Assembly (NCBI GenBank): GCA_016712505.1
Contig: JADJQY010000005.1
Location: forward strand, 249,258 to 313,257
Direction: 5' to 3'
DNA from: Candidatus Eiseniibacteriota bacterium
GTDB lineage: Bacteria > Eisenbacteria > RBG-16-71-46 > CAIMUX01
Length of the DNA: 64,000 nucleotides
The number at the start of each line of letters is the position of its first letter. Positions within the stretch are counted from its first letter, which is position 1. Positions 28,337-39,500 of this stretch are shown here, piece by piece. The notes beneath the pieces were generated by a model. The model saw only the letters and a program-made list of their open reading frames with translations, was not told the origin of the DNA and searched no databases. A program made the position numbers and the translations under genes.

Positions 28337-29179
28337 TCAACCGCACCCGTTGACCCGGCCGCGGGTTGCCTCGATGTGGAGCGCGTTCCGCGGAGGGACT
28401 CCGCCCTGCCGCAGCCGGCGGATCCAGGCATGGTCCACCTTGATGCCCTGCAAATGGGAGAGCGCGCGATTCATGTCGACGGCCTGCGAAAGCAACCCGT
28501 CACGAGTGCTCCCCGGGGGCGAGATGAGCCGACAGGCGTCGGCGATCTCGAATGGACCGACGTGGGTGCGGGAGAGAGTCTCGATCATCCCCACCGTGCC
28601 GACCGCCTTGGCCAGGTCCTCGGCCAGCGTCCGAATGTAGGTTCCCTTCCCGCACTCGACTTCGAAATCGACCCGCGGCAGCTCCACCTTGGTGATGGTG
28701 AAGCGGCCAATCTCCACGCGTCGCGCCTTGCGTTCCACCTCCACGCCCTTGCGCGCCAGGTCGTAGAGTCGCTGCCCGTCGATCTTGACGGCCGAGACCA
28801 TCGGAGGAATCTGCTCGATCGCTCCGATGAAGCGATCGGCCGCCGCCTGAAGCGCACCCTGATCGAGAGCCGGCACGGCCCGCTCTTCCACCACCTGTCC
28901 CCCGAGATCACCGGAGTCGGTGCGCCGCCCGAGCCTGAGCGTGCCGCGGTACCCCTTCCCGAGGTCGACCAGATGGGTGAGCAGCTTCGTGGCGCGCCCG
29001 ACGCAGACGATGAGCACGCCGTTGGCGAAGGGATCGAGACTTCCTCCGTGACCGACCTGACGGATGCCGAGGATACGACGAACCCGCGAGACCGCGTCGT
29101 GGCTGGTCCAGGGGATCTCCTTGTAGACATTGAGCACCAGGCCGGATGATTCGAGCGCGAGATCGGGATTACTCATCAT
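28337..29179 (-). CDS. truB: tRNA pseudouridine(55) synthase
   Basis: GHGGSLDPFANGVLIVCVGRATKL (catalytic Asp motif). Confidence 0.9.
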   Translation of the reverse strand: MMSNPDLALESSGLVLNVYKEIPWTSHDAVSRVRRILGIRQVGHGGSLDPFANGVLIVCVGRATKLLTHLVDLGKGYRGTLRLGRRTDSGDLGGQVVEERAVPALDQGALQAAADRFIGAIEQIPPMVSAVKIDGQRLYDLARKGVEVERKARRVEIGRFTITKVELPRVDFEVECGKGTYIRTLAEDLAKAVGTVGMIETLSRTHVGPFEIADACRLISPPGSTRDGLLSQAVDMNRALSHLQGIKVDHAWIRRLRQGGVPPRNALHIEATRGRVNGCG

Positions 29180-29546
29180 CGCTGCCACCCTGTGTCGGCC
29201 CATCGGAGAGACCGAGTTCGTGGAGAATCTTGGATATGCGCAGGCTGTACTCGATCCCCTTGTCGGCCCGGAAGATCAGATCCGGAGTACGGCGGAGCGT
29301 GAGCTGCCGGCCGAGTTCGCTGCGGAGGAAGGGACGCGCCCCGACCAGCACCCGCAGGGCAGCTTCCTGGGTTGCCTCATCCCCCAGCGCGGAGACATAG
29401 ACCCGCGCGACCGAGAGATCCTGAGCGACCTCGACCCGCATCACGCTGACCCAGCTAAGGCGCGGGTCGCGCACCCGGTTTCGCAGGATCTCGGATAGTT
29501 CGCGCCGGATCTCCTCCTGCACGCGCTCCATGCGGACGCCCTTCAT
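29169..29546 (-). CDS. rbfA: ribosome-binding factor A
   Basis: RVQEEIRRELSEIL...VSVMRVEVAQDLSVARVYVS. The stop codon is TAA. Confidence 0.85.
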   Translation of the reverse strand: MKGVRMERVQEEIRRELSEILRNRVRDPRLSWVSVMRVEVAQDLSVARVYVSALGDEATQEAALRVLVGARPFLRSELGRQLTLRRTPDLIFRADKGIEYSLRISKILHELGLSDGPTQGGSDDE

Positions 29547-29552
29547 CGCTCC

Positions 29553-29942
29553 TCAACTTTCCCGGTCGTCGACGTCCTCGTACCCTTCCAGCGTCCAGTC
29601 GTCGGAATCGCCGTCCGCACCGCGGGGGTCGGACGACGCCGACTCTTCCACGTCGTCGATGTGCCGCACCAACGACCGGACATCGGTGACCACCACCCGC
29701 GGGTCACTCTCGATCTCCTGACGGATGGCCAGGAGGGAGGCGCGACCGCTCGATTCGGAGAGAACGACCAGGGCGAACCCCAGCGCGGCGCGCTGCAGGA
29801 GATCCTGATGATCGACCTCCGCCACGGAGGCGTGATAGCGGGCGCGGAGGTGTTCCTTGAGATGCCGAACCACGGCGCGCTTCGCCTTCAGCGAGCCGCT
29901 GTCGCGGATGATCAACTCGACTCGAGCGACGGCGTAGAACAT
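29553..29942 (-). CDS. DUF503 (YlxP-like) protein
   Basis: MFYAVARVELIIRDSGSLKAKRAVV. Conserved position between infB and rbfA. Confidence 0.7.
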   Translation of the reverse strand: MFYAVARVELIIRDSGSLKAKRAVVRHLKEHLRARYHASVAEVDHQDLLQRAALGFALVVLSESSGRASLLAIRQEIESDPRVVVTDVRSLVRHIDDVEESASSDPRGADGDSDDWTLEGYEDVDDRES

Positions 29943-29981
29943 GGATTTTCGTGCGGCGGGCACCGATGGCGCCCGCCTGGT

Positions 29982-32858
29982 CTACTCGAGTTTGCGCGCC
30001 ACCTCTTCGACGGTGTACGCCTCGATGACGTCACCTTCCTTCATGTCGTCGTAGCCGTCGAGGCCGATGCCGCACTCGAAGCCGGTCTGCACCTCGCGCG
30101 CGTCGTCCTTGACCCGCTTGAGCGAGGCGAACTTGCCGTCCCAGACCACGTCTACCCCACGGTAGACCCGGGCCCGGTCGTTGCGGCTGATCGAGCCGGA
30201 GACCACGAAACAGCCGGCGATCGCCCCCACCTTGGTGATGTGGAACACCTTTCGCACCTCGGCCGAGCCCTTGATCGTCTCGACCTTCTCCGGCGCGAGC
30301 AACCCGGCCATCGCGTCCTTGATGTCCTTCTCCACCTCGTAGATCACGCGATAGAGACGGATGTCGACCTTCTCGGTCATCGAGAGCTGGTGCGCCTTGG
30401 CATCCGCACGGGTGTGGAATCCGATGATGATTCCGCCCGAGGCCTTGGCCAGGAGGACGTCGCCTTCGGAGATCAGGCCCACCCCGGAGTGGATGATCCG
30501 CACCTTCACCTCGCTGGTCGACAGCTTGGTCAAGGTGTCGCGCAGCACTTCCACCGAGCCGGCCACGTCGGCCTTGAGCACGACGTTCAGTTCCTTCAGA
30601 TCGCCTTGCTTGATCCGCTCCTGGATCGACATGAGCGAGGTTGACTGCGTCTGGAGTCGGATCTTGTGCTCCCGCGCGATCTGCGCGCGGTAGACCGCGA
30701 TCTCCCGCGCCTTGGCTTCGTCCTTCATCACCGTGAGGACGTCGCCGGCCTGCGGAACGTCGTTCCAGCCGAGCAATTCCACTGGCGTCGACGGTCCCGC
30801 GACGGTGAGGCGCTGGCCCCGTTCGTCGTTCATGGCCCGCACACGACCCGACTGTCCACCGCAGACATAGGCATCGCCTACCCGGAGGGTGCCGTTCTGT
30901 ACCAGCAACGTCGCCACCACCCCGCGCCCGGAATCGCGCTTCGATTCGATCACGACTCCGCGAGCCGGGCGTTCCGGCTCGGCCTTCAGTTCGAGCAACT
31001 CGGCTTCGAGCAGCAGCCGTTCGAGCAGCGCTTCGACGTTCTGGCCGTGCTTGGCCGAGATCTCGACCGCACCGACCTTGCCGCCCCACTCCTCGATGAG
31101 CACGCCGTTGTCCGCCAGCTCCTTCTTGATCCGCTCCGGGTTGGCATTGGCCAGATCGATCTTGTTGATCGCCACCACGATCGGCACGTTGGCCGCCTTC
31201 GCGTGGTTGATCGCCTCCAGGGTCTGAGGCCGAACCCGGTCGTCCGCCGCGACCACCAGGACCACGATGTCGGTGACCTGGGCACCCCGGGCGCGCATCG
31301 CCGTGAACGCCTCGTGTCCCGGCGTGTCGAGGAACGCGACGTTGCCCTGTGGCAGCCGCACCTGATACGCACCGATGTGCTGGGTGATGCCGCCGGATTC
31401 CGTCTCGATCACCTTGGTCTTCCGCACGTAGTCGAGCAGGCTGGTCTTGCCATGGTCGACATGGCCCATCACGGTGACGATCGGGGCGCGCGGCTTCTTG
31501 TCCCAGACCTCGTCGCTCTCCTCCTCCTGGGCCAGCATCTCCTCGCCGAACTCGGTCTGGAAGTCCGGCTCGAAGCCGAACTCGTCCATGATCGTGGCGA
31601 TCGCATCCTTGTCCAGTCGGTAGTTGATCGTGGCCATGATGCCGAGCTGGAAGCAGGTGGCGATCACCTCGTTCGGCTTCGCCTCCATCATCGAAGCGAG
31701 CTCCGCCACGGTGACGAACTCGTGGACCTTCAGCGTGCGGCTGACCTCCTCGACCCCCACTTCATCCGAACGGCGGCGGCGTCGCGAACCGCGCGAGCGC
31801 CCGGCATCGATGTTCGCCATGGTCCGCCGAACGTTGTCCCGAACCGCGGCCTGGTCAACCGTCCGCTTGCCGCGCTTCTTGTTTGCTCCGCCGCGATTGC
31901 CGAAGAGCGGAGCCCGTGGCGCCCCAGCCGAAGGCGGATTGAGCACCGGCGCGTTACCGCGCTGTGGCGGACCTCCCGGTCGCCCGGGGGGACCGGATTG
32001 CGGGCGGTAGCCAGGACCACCGGGACGACCCTGATCACCGGGACGACCCTGATCGCCGGGCCGACCCTGATCGCCAAGCCGACCCTGGTCCCCCGGTCGC
32101 GGCGGGTCTCCAGGGCGGTACTGGCCGGCCGGAGGCCGACCGCCGGGCGCACCGCCGCGATTGGGCGGACCACCTGGCCCGGGTCGTCCGCCACCCTGGG
32201 GCGAACCGGTCGCGCGGGCAGGGTACCCCCCGGTCGTGGCCGGGCCGCGATTCCCACCGGACGCGCCCTGCGGCGGGCCTCCCGCCGGGGAAGACGAGCG
32301 CGGCTGCGTCGGGCGCTGGGTGTAGTCGGGATACGGACCGCCGTGCGGCTGGTATCCCGCGGTCGGCGCATTCGGATTCGTCGGTCGCGGCGGAGCGACC
32401 GGGCCGGTCGTTCCGCTGCCCCCCTGGGGAGGGGTCGAAGACGAGCTCGCCCCCGCGTCGCCCACACCACCGGCGCCGCCGCTGCCTGGCCCCACGCCGG
32501 CGGAGCCGGATCCGGCTGAACCCGCGCCAATCGCTCCCGGTGCGGACACTCCGGCGGTCGGAGCCACGGTGCCCGGGGCGGAGGGAAACGAGGCCGGCGC
32601 CTGCCCCGCGGGGGGCGTCACCTGGCGAGCCTCCTCCACCTTGCGATTGATCTCGTGGTGAAGGGCTGCCTTCTTCTCCGTCTCGCTCTTGGTCTTCGCC
32701 CTCTCTTCGCTGATCTGGGCGCGGATCTTGGTGACGAGGTCGTCGTCGATCGCGCTCATGTGGCTTTTCACATCGTCACCGAGTTTGGTGATGATGCTGA
32801 CCAGAGCATCGCTGGAGATCTTCAGTTCACGAGCGAGCTGGAAGACGCGTGTCTTCAC
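29982..32858 (-). CDS. infB: translation initiation factor IF-2
   Basis: GTP-binding domain [16 protein letters not shown]...DTPGHEAF...NKID. Long Gly/Pro-rich N-terminal region encoded by 18-bp DNA repeats around 32021-32092. Confidence 0.95.
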   Translation of the reverse strand: MKTRVFQLARELKISSDALVSIITKLGDDVKSHMSAIDDDLVTKIRAQISEERAKTKSETEKKAALHHEINRKVEEARQVTPPAGQAPASFPSAPGTVAPTAGVSAPGAIGAGSAGSGSAGVGPGSGGAGGVGDAGASSSSTPPQGGSGTTGPVAPPRPTNPNAPTAGYQPHGGPYPDYTQRPTQPRSSSPAGGPPQGASGGNRGPATTGGYPARATGSPQGGGRPGPGGPPNRGGAPGGRPPAGQYRPGDPPRPGDQGRLGDQGRPGDQGRPGDQGRPGGPGYRPQSGPPGRPGGPPQRGNAPVLNPPSAGAPRAPLFGNRGGANKKRGKRTVDQAAVRDNVRRTMANIDAGRSRGSRRRRRSDEVGVEEVSRTLKVHEFVTVAELASMMEAKPNEVIATCFQLGIMATINYRLDKDAIATIMDEFGFEPDFQTEFGEEMLAQEEESDEVWDKKPRAPIVTVMGHVDHGKTSLLDYVRKTKVIETESGGITQHIGAYQVRLPQGNVAFLDTPGHEAFTAMRARGAQVTDIVVLVVAADDRVRPQTLEAINHAKAANVPIVVAINKIDLANANPERIKKELADNGVLIEEWGGKVGAVEISAKHGQNVEALLERLLLEAELLELKAEPERPARGVVIESKRDSGRGVVATLLVQNGTLRVGDAYVCGGQSGRVRAMNDERGQRLTVAGPSTPVELLGWNDVPQAGDVLTVMKDEAKAREIAVYRAQIAREHKIRLQTQSTSLMSIQERIKQGDLKELNVVLKADVAGSVEVLRDTLTKLSTSEVKVRIIHSGVGLISEGDVLLAKASGGIIIGFHTRADAKAHQLSMTEKVDIRLYRVIYEVEKDIKDAMAGLLAPEKVETIKGSAEVRKVFHITKVGAIAGCFVVSGSISRNDRARVYRGVDVVWDGKFASLKRVKDDAREVQTGFECGIGLDGYDDMKEGDVIEAYTVEEVARKLE

Positions 32859-34474
32859 GCATTCGCCTCACTTTCGTCGTTCTCGGCCGGTGTTGCCTGC
32901 GCGCGTCCCGTATCCGGGTCGGCTCCGCCGGCGTCTTCACGGGCGCCGGAGTCGCTCATCGCGGGAGTGTCGAGGGAATTCCCTTCCGCCTGCACGCCCC
33001 TGTCGTCCGAATCGGTGCTGTCGTCCGAATCGGTGCTGTCGTCCGAATCGGTCCTGTCGCCCGAATCAGTCCTGTCACCCGAATCAGTCCTGTCCGTTTC
33101 GTCGCTTTCGGTTTCCGAGTCGTTCCGGGCCGCGGGATCGTCAGCCGTAGCTTCCTCGCCGACCTCGCCGACCTCGATTTCGGCCCCATCCACATCGGCA
33201 TCCGCCAGGTCGCCGGAAGCGCCCCCGGCGCGCCGTTCGAGAATCTCCCCGCCGAGCGTGAGCAGACGGGTGGCGGTCTTCTCGCCGATCCCCGGGATCG
33301 CCATCAGTTCCTCGACGGACGTGCGCATCACGTCCTGGAGCGTTTCCTTCCCCGCCTTGATCAGCTTTTCCACGGTGCGCGCGCCCAGATCCTTCTCGAG
33401 CTCCTCGAGCTCGATCTCGGCCGCCTCGCCCGAAGCCGCCTGCATCTGCGACTGGCTCTTCAGGTCGATCGCGTAGCCGGTGAGCTTGCTCGCCAGGCGT
33501 GCGTTCTGTCCGCGGGTACCGATCGCGACCGAGAGGCCCTCGTCCGCCACGACCACGGTGGCGCGACGCTCCAGCTCGTTCGGAATGACGTCGAGTACAC
33601 GCGCGGGTGACAAGGCGCGAGAGAGAAACAGCTTCGGATCCGGGCTCCAGGGCACGATGTCGATCCGCTCTCCCCCGAGTTCGCGGACGATGGCCTGCAC
33701 GCGCGCCCCCTTCATTCCGACGCAGGCGCCGACCGGATCGACGCGGTCGTCATGGGAGACGACCGAGATCTTGGTGCGGGATCCGGGCTCGCGGGCGATG
33801 TCCTTGATCTCGACCACGCGCTCGAAGATCTCCGGAACCTCGTTCTCGAAGAGTCGACGCACGAAGTCGGGGTGCGTCCGGGAGAGGATGAGCTGTGGCC
33901 CCTTCTGGTTCTTGTCGACGTCGAGCAACAGAGCGCGGACCGGCTCACCGATCTTGAACCGGTCGCGGAAGATCACCTCCCGGGGCGGAATCATCCCCTC
34001 GGTCTTCCCCAGCTTTACGATCACGCTCCCTCGATCCACCTGGGAGACCGCGCCGCTCAAGATCTGCCCCTTGCGCTCGATGAACTCCTGGAAGACGTTC
34101 TCCCGTTCCGCCTCACGAACCCGCTGGACCAGCACCTGCTTTGCGGTCTGGATGGCGTTACGCCCAAACTCGGCCACCGGCACGTCCACCGGTACCGTCG
34201 TGCCGAGGCGGACGCCGGGATGGGACTTCACCGCCTCCTCGTAGTCGATCTCTCCGGCCAGATCGATCGCGACCTGCACCACCTTCTTGTGCACGCGGAC
34301 ACGGATCTCGCCCGAAATCTCATCGAAGGCGACCTCCACGTCTGCCGCGGTGGCATAGCGCTTCTTTGCCGCGCTGAGCAGCCCGACGGTGAGCGTCTCC
34401 ACCAAGAGGCGCCGATCGACGCTCTTCTCGCGGGAGATCTGCTTCAGTGCTTCGAGAATTTCCTCAGTAGCCAT
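32855..34474 (-). CDS. nusA: transcription termination/antitermination factor NusA
   Basis: MATEEILEALKQISREKSVDRRLL, S1 domain, two KH domains and an acidic C-terminal tail encoded by an 18-bp tandem repeat (33002-33091, (DSTDSD)n). Confidence 0.9.
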   Translation of the reverse strand: MATEEILEALKQISREKSVDRRLLVETLTVGLLSAAKKRYATAADVEVAFDEISGEIRVRVHKKVVQVAIDLAGEIDYEEAVKSHPGVRLGTTVPVDVPVAEFGRNAIQTAKQVLVQRVREAERENVFQEFIERKGQILSGAVSQVDRGSVIVKLGKTEGMIPPREVIFRDRFKIGEPVRALLLDVDKNQKGPQLILSRTHPDFVRRLFENEVPEIFERVVEIKDIAREPGSRTKISVVSHDDRVDPVGACVGMKGARVQAIVRELGGERIDIVPWSPDPKLFLSRALSPARVLDVIPNELERRATVVVADEGLSVAIGTRGQNARLASKLTGYAIDLKSQSQMQAASGEAAEIELEELEKDLGARTVEKLIKAGKETLQDVMRTSVEELMAIPGIGEKTATRLLTLGGEILERRAGGASGDLADADVDGAEIEVGEVGEEATADDPAARNDSETESDETDRTDSGDRTDSGDRTDSDDSTDSDDSTDSDDRGVQAEGNSLDTPAMSDSGAREDAGGADPDTGRAQATPAENDESEANA

Positions 34475-34626
34475 GAGTCGTCTCGACCTCGTTGCGCCCC
34501 GGTTCGGGCGAGGCACCACGCCCCGCTCGGTTCACGATCATTCACCTGTCCCAAACTCATCCCGGCAGCAGGCGTTCCGGGCCAGCCTTCAGATCCGGCC
34601 AGCGGCCTCGCACGCAGTCCTGCCTC

Positions 34627-34712
34627 CCCAAAGAACCCCAGCCCAGCCCTGGCCGAAGAACCCCTGGCCGAAGAACCCCTGGCCGAAGAACCCCTGCCCG
34701 AAGAACCCCTGC
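34627..34712. repeat. tandem array C: 4-5 x 15 bp (GCCGAAGAACCCCTG) in the rimP-nusA spacer
   Basis: gccgaagaacccctg x3, then cccgaagaacccctg, then a degenerate unit. A partial copy precedes the array. Confidence 0.85.
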
Positions 34713-34723
34713 CTGCACTCGAA

Positions 34724-35383
34724 TCACGAGGTCGGCTGCGGTTCATCCGCCTCGGTCCTCGCCAGGTCGGGCCCCGACGCGACCCCTCGACGCCTCCACG
34801 GGTCCATGTGGACATGGGCCGACTCGATGTCGCTCAGCCGCACGAACCGCCGCGCGGTGCTCGGAGCCGCCAAATCGGAACCGCGATCCCCGGTCAGGCC
34901 CGCGGTCGGTACCGTGACACCCCGCTTCGACTTCTTCTGCTTTCCGCGGGGACTGCCCCCGCGCCGACCGGCATCCGGCGCCATCGGCTCGAGCCAGAAG
35001 CCGTCCGTTTCCCAGAGCCCGATCGCCCCCTCCAGGTGGCGGATACCGCCGCCCGGATCGCGCCAGTCCAGCTCTACCCGTTCTCCGACGAAGCGGCGAA
35101 AGTGCCGTTCCTCGCTGATCGGGCGGTTCATCCCCGGCGACGAGACCTCGAGGCTGTAGCTATTGCGCAGACTTGGATTCGCATCCAGAACGTTGGCCAG
35201 CGTGCGACTGAACTTCGCGCAAGCCTCGACCGGCAGCCCGTTGTCGTGGTCGAGGGTGACCCGGATGTTCTGAATCCGGCTGCCGCGTGCCACGGAGCAC
35301 TGCACCAGTTCGTCGCCGCCCTCATCGAGCAAGGGCCGGATCAATTCCTCGAGTTCCTCGCGACGCACCGTTCCGCTCGCCAA
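34724..35383 (-). CDS. rimP: ribosome maturation factor RimP (with an Arg/Gly-rich C-terminal tail)
   Basis: LEELIRPLLDEGGDELVQCSV...SLEVSSPGMNRPI. Confidence 0.8.
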   Translation of the reverse strand: MASGTVRREELEELIRPLLDEGGDELVQCSVARGSRIQNIRVTLDHDNGLPVEACAKFSRTLANVLDANPSLRNSYSLEVSSPGMNRPISEERHFRRFVGERVELDWRDPGGGIRHLEGAIGLWETDGFWLEPMAPDAGRRGGSPRGKQKKSKRGVTVPTAGLTGDRGSDLAAPSTARRFVRLSDIESAHVHMDPWRRRGVASGPDLARTEADEPQPTS

Positions 35384-35674
35384 CCCTCTCTACGCTGCCG
35401 ACACACGTACTGGCAGGACACGACACCCGCGGTTCCGCCCGGTCCCGCCGCGCGGAACCAGTCTGCCGCAGACCAATGCCAACCAGCGGACCCCCACCGA
35501 TGGGTGCCCGCTTCGCTCGGTCGCCCGCGAACGCTCACGGAGGCCCCGCCTGAAGACGGGGGTCTCACCGCGAGACCGCCTCCCGCACAAAACAAATAGC
35601 GTGGACGGAAGGCCCACGCACGAGGAAGCTACATCACCCTTCGGAGTTCGAGCAAGGTGAGATATTCCGGGGGG

Positions 35675-36592
35675 CTAGGGGGCGGCGAGTTCCCCCCCGT
35701 AGATCAGGTCGAGCACGACCGTCCCGACCCGCTCGAGGGTAGTCGAACTGAGCCGGTCCGGAGTGTCCTTGAGGGTGTGCCAGTTTGGATCACCCCAGCC
35801 GATGATGAGCGCGGAGGGCACCCCGCGGCGGAGCCAGGGCAGGTGATCGTCGGTAATGGCGTAGCCGACTGCCGGGTTGAACTCCGCGAAGCCGCGGCGG
35901 GCCGCCAGATCGAAGATCAGATCGGAGAGATCCGGGAAATACCGCTGCGAGTAGAGCTCGCGACCGAATTGCGCCCCCGGGGCGCCGATCATGTCCAGTA
36001 CCAGCACCCAATCGGGGAGACGACCGACCCATTCGGAGGCCAGGCGCTGGCTCCCCAGGCAGAACTCCTCGGGCTTGTCGTCCCGCCCCAGATCCTCCGC
36101 GTCGAAAAGCACCAGATCGACCCCGATCGGCGGGGGGTTGTCGCGCAGAACTCGCGCCAGGGTGAGGAGCAGCGCCGTACTCGACGCCCCGTCGTTCGCC
36201 CCCAGGACCGCCTTCGCGCGCGCCTGGGGATTCGGATCCTGGTCCGCCCAGGGGCGGGAGTCCCAGTGCGAACCGAGGAGCAGCCGCGGCCGGGCCTCGG
36301 GGCGAATCGAGATGATCAGATTGGTGCAGGCGAGCTCCCGACCATCAGCGGGCGAGATCACCTTGAAGGGGTGGGCGCGATAGGCGACGCCAAGGGAATC
36401 GAGGTGAGAACGAAAGGCCGAGAGGCAACGGGCATGCGCCGGCGTGCCCGGCACCCGGGGACCGAAGGCGCACTGTCGCCGCACCCACTTCATGGCGCTC
36501 TCCCCGGAGAGAGCCGGAGCCGCGGCCTCGACCGGGTCGGCCGACAGGAGCAGCGCCCCGAGCGCCAGCAATCGCCCGACGCCCCCCCGCAT
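35675..36592 (-). CDS. M28 family zinc peptidase (secreted aminopeptidase / glutaminyl-cyclase-like)
   Basis: Signal peptide, then LLGSHWDSRPWADQDP, GANDGASSTALLLTLA and LFDAEDLG metal-ligand motifs. Confidence 0.7.
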   Translation of the reverse strand: MRGGVGRLLALGALLLSADPVEAAAPALSGESAMKWVRRQCAFGPRVPGTPAHARCLSAFRSHLDSLGVAYRAHPFKVISPADGRELACTNLIISIRPEARPRLLLGSHWDSRPWADQDPNPQARAKAVLGANDGASSTALLLTLARVLRDNPPPIGVDLVLFDAEDLGRDDKPEEFCLGSQRLASEWVGRLPDWVLVLDMIGAPGAQFGRELYSQRYFPDLSDLIFDLAARRGFAEFNPAVGYAITDDHLPWLRRGVPSALIIGWGDPNWHTLKDTPDRLSSTTLERVGTVVLDLIYGGELAAP

Positions 36593-39500
36593 CAGAAGGT
36601 GAAGGCGGCCGAGACGGAGATGCTGACCAGGCGTGTCGTGTTCCCCTCGTTCTTGTTGTCGGTGTTCTGCCCCACGCTCAGCGATGCCTTCCCGTTGATG
36701 TTGTCGGTGAACTGATAGTTGGCGTCGGTGGTGACCTTCAGACTGGAACGATCATCCCCGATCACGTCCTGCCCCGCCCCGAAGCGCGAGGTGGTCGATT
36801 TGTTCTGCGACCAGTCGATCGCCCCTGAGAGGTCGAGACGGGTTTGCACCACCTTTTTCTGGTTCGTGACCGGCACCACCACCGTCTTGGTCAAGCGGAT
36901 CGTCTTCTTGACCGTGAGCAGAACCTTGCGCGAGATCGACTCGTTCAGGTTCCCCGGTGGCGGATTGTAGCTCTGGGTGCGGGTGACCCGCGAGTCGCTG
37001 CTCAAGGAGGCGGTCATCTCGTTGTTCAGCGTCAGGTTCAGGTTCAGCAGGGGCGAAAACGCGGTGCTCCTCTGCTCCGTGTCCCGGGTACGCCCCTGGG
37101 AAGCGGTCGTCTGGAGCTCTCGCGAGAAGTTGGTCGTCGCCTGGATGCTCTTTACCCGCGACTCCAGGCCGAGGACCTTGACCAGCGCCTTTGGCGCCGT
37201 GCCCCAGTTCACGTTGAGATCGGGCCACTTCGTGGTGACCCGCGTCGTCGGCTGCTGCGCGTTCTGCCGTTGGTTCGATTCGGTCCGGTTTGCGCTCGTC
37301 CCCACGCTCACATTCTGCGGCATCCGGAGCGAGGTGGTCAGGGTGAAGGTCTTCCCTTCGCTCTCGGTCGACTGGGCCAGCCCTACCGGGCGAGTGTCTC
37401 CGCCCGGGTTGTCACTCAGCCCGAGCTGATAGAGCATCGAGGGAGTGCCGCGCTGGCTGCTGCGACTATTGTCGTGGGTGAGCGAGTACTGCAGCTGCAT
37501 CGGTTCGAGTTTGAACCCGCGCGGGCCGGAGCCGGCCGACGAGTTTCCCGACTTCTCTCCCTTCCCCCCCCGACCCAGTTTCGCCAGCTCGCCCAACGCG
37601 AGGCGAGCGGAGAAGCTGGTCGAGTTCCCCGAGCGGAACGAGTTGGTCCGCTCCTGGCGGTCCTGCTGCAGGTTGGTGTACTGCAGGAAGTCGATCCCCG
37701 AGCGCCCGCTCCAGGTGACCTTGGGCGCCACCGAGGTCTTCAAGATCGGGATGTCGTAGTTGGTGCTCAGATCCTGTTGTCGCGCGGTCTCACGACCGAG
37801 GTTCAGCCCGAGCAGGCGTGGGGCCCCTTCTCGGAGCTGCAGATCCCGGTTCGAGCTGATCCGGTAGTTCAAGAACTGCAACGGTCGCATCCCCGCTCCC
37901 AGGTTGAGCGCGGCGCTATTGCGGTTGGAGGTCGGGGCGAGGCGGAAGGGCGCGGCGAGGTCGCTACGGACGTAGCGACGGCTCCGGTTCCGCTGCCCAT
38001 TCAGGGTGGCGCTGACCGAGTTGGGCAGCAACTGCGCCCGCCACCCCTTGCCAAGGTTGAATGCGGCAAGGTTGTCCAGCGCCATTGCCCAGGAGACGCC
38101 CCCGGTGGCATTGGTCGTGGTGTCGCGCTGGGTTGGGGTGAGCGAGGTCGCCTTTCGATGCGAGCCGTTCAGCCTGAACGGGGCCAGGCCGTAGCGCACC
38201 CATGGGTTCTCCGATGACTCCTTCTCGATGCTGACCTCGAGCCGTCGCTCGTTGGTCTCGCTGATGTCGCGATCGGTGGCTCGATCGAGCACCAGGTCGC
38301 TGTTGGTCTGGAACTTCGGGACGCGACGGTCCCGCGCGGCCGACCAGCGGACCGGCAGGCGGATCCCGAGCGGCGAGAGGAATCGATCGACATTGACGGT
38401 GCTGGCCAGGTTCACCGCCGTGGTGGTGGTCCCGGAGCCGCGCTCCTTTCCGATCGAGAGGAAGTCGGCGTTGGTCCGGGTGAGGTTGCCGCTGAAGCTG
38501 GCCACGTCCGAGAGATTGGTCTGGACGCTCATGCGCGTGGCGTACCCCCGGTCCTTCTTGACCTGGGTGAGGCGCAGCTCGTTGATCCAGACGTTGCCCC
38601 GCCCGAGAGTCGACTGGCCCCGGTTCGCGACGAAGAAAGCGATCCGCTGGATGCTGGTCAGGCTCGGATTCCCCTTTCGCGAGATGACCGCACCGTTGGG
38701 CAGGCTCCGACTGGCGATCTTGGTCACGGAGTCCGGCACGTCGAGCTGCAGCTGGGACATCTCTGCGAAGTCCATCCGAACCAGGTACCAGTCGCTCAAG
38801 ATCGGAATCCGGTACTCGTAGTAGTTGGTGGTGTTGCTGTTGGCATCGCGACAGAGCCGGATGGTCGCCTGGAGATTCGCGTCCCCCAGTTCCGACCGTT
38901 TGCGCAGGTAGAACTCCATGTTCTCGTAGAGCGTGTAGTCCTGCCGGGTGGGATAGGTGCGGTAGATCGACGCCTTGTGCGCCGGGGCGAAGTTCGACAG
39001 CTCGAGGGTGATCGACTGCTCGCGCTCGGTCACGTTGTTCTGTTTCCCCGGCTTGAACGGTGGATCGTAGACCGCGGCATCGTCCTTGTTGTTCAGCACG
39101 CTGACGAAGAAGTCCTCCCCCGGGCCGATCTGCTCCGGCGGGAGCGGCCGGTCGGCCAGGTTGGCCAGCGGCCCCTCGTACCAGCGGTTGCCGATGATCT
39201 CCAGCCCGCCGATCTGGAGCAGGGTCGAGTCGGCCAAGCTGTCGACCCAGACCCGGGCGTGGAGGATCTTCTCCCAGCTCGGCTCGATTCCGGGTCGGCT
39301 TTCGATCCGCACCAGGGAGTCACTGTCGAGCGGGATGCGGACCCGGCGCCAGCCGTTGTCCGATCGGATGGCGAAGTTGAGATCGTTCCGTCCTTCGTAG
39401 TCGCGGAAGACGTCGGTTTCCCAGAGCGTGGAGTCGCCGAGATCGATCGACACGGTGAAGTAGCTGCTCAGGGTGGAAAGTGAGCTGTCGTCGTTCAGGT

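Noticed and set aside
35384-35674. Possible tRNA upstream of rimP, as E. coli has metY before rimP-nusA-infB
   Set aside because: No cloverleaf-compatible sequence or T-loop (GGTTCGAATCC-like) was found. Only simple hairpins are present (GGTTCCGC...GCGGAACC and GGTCTC...GAGACC).
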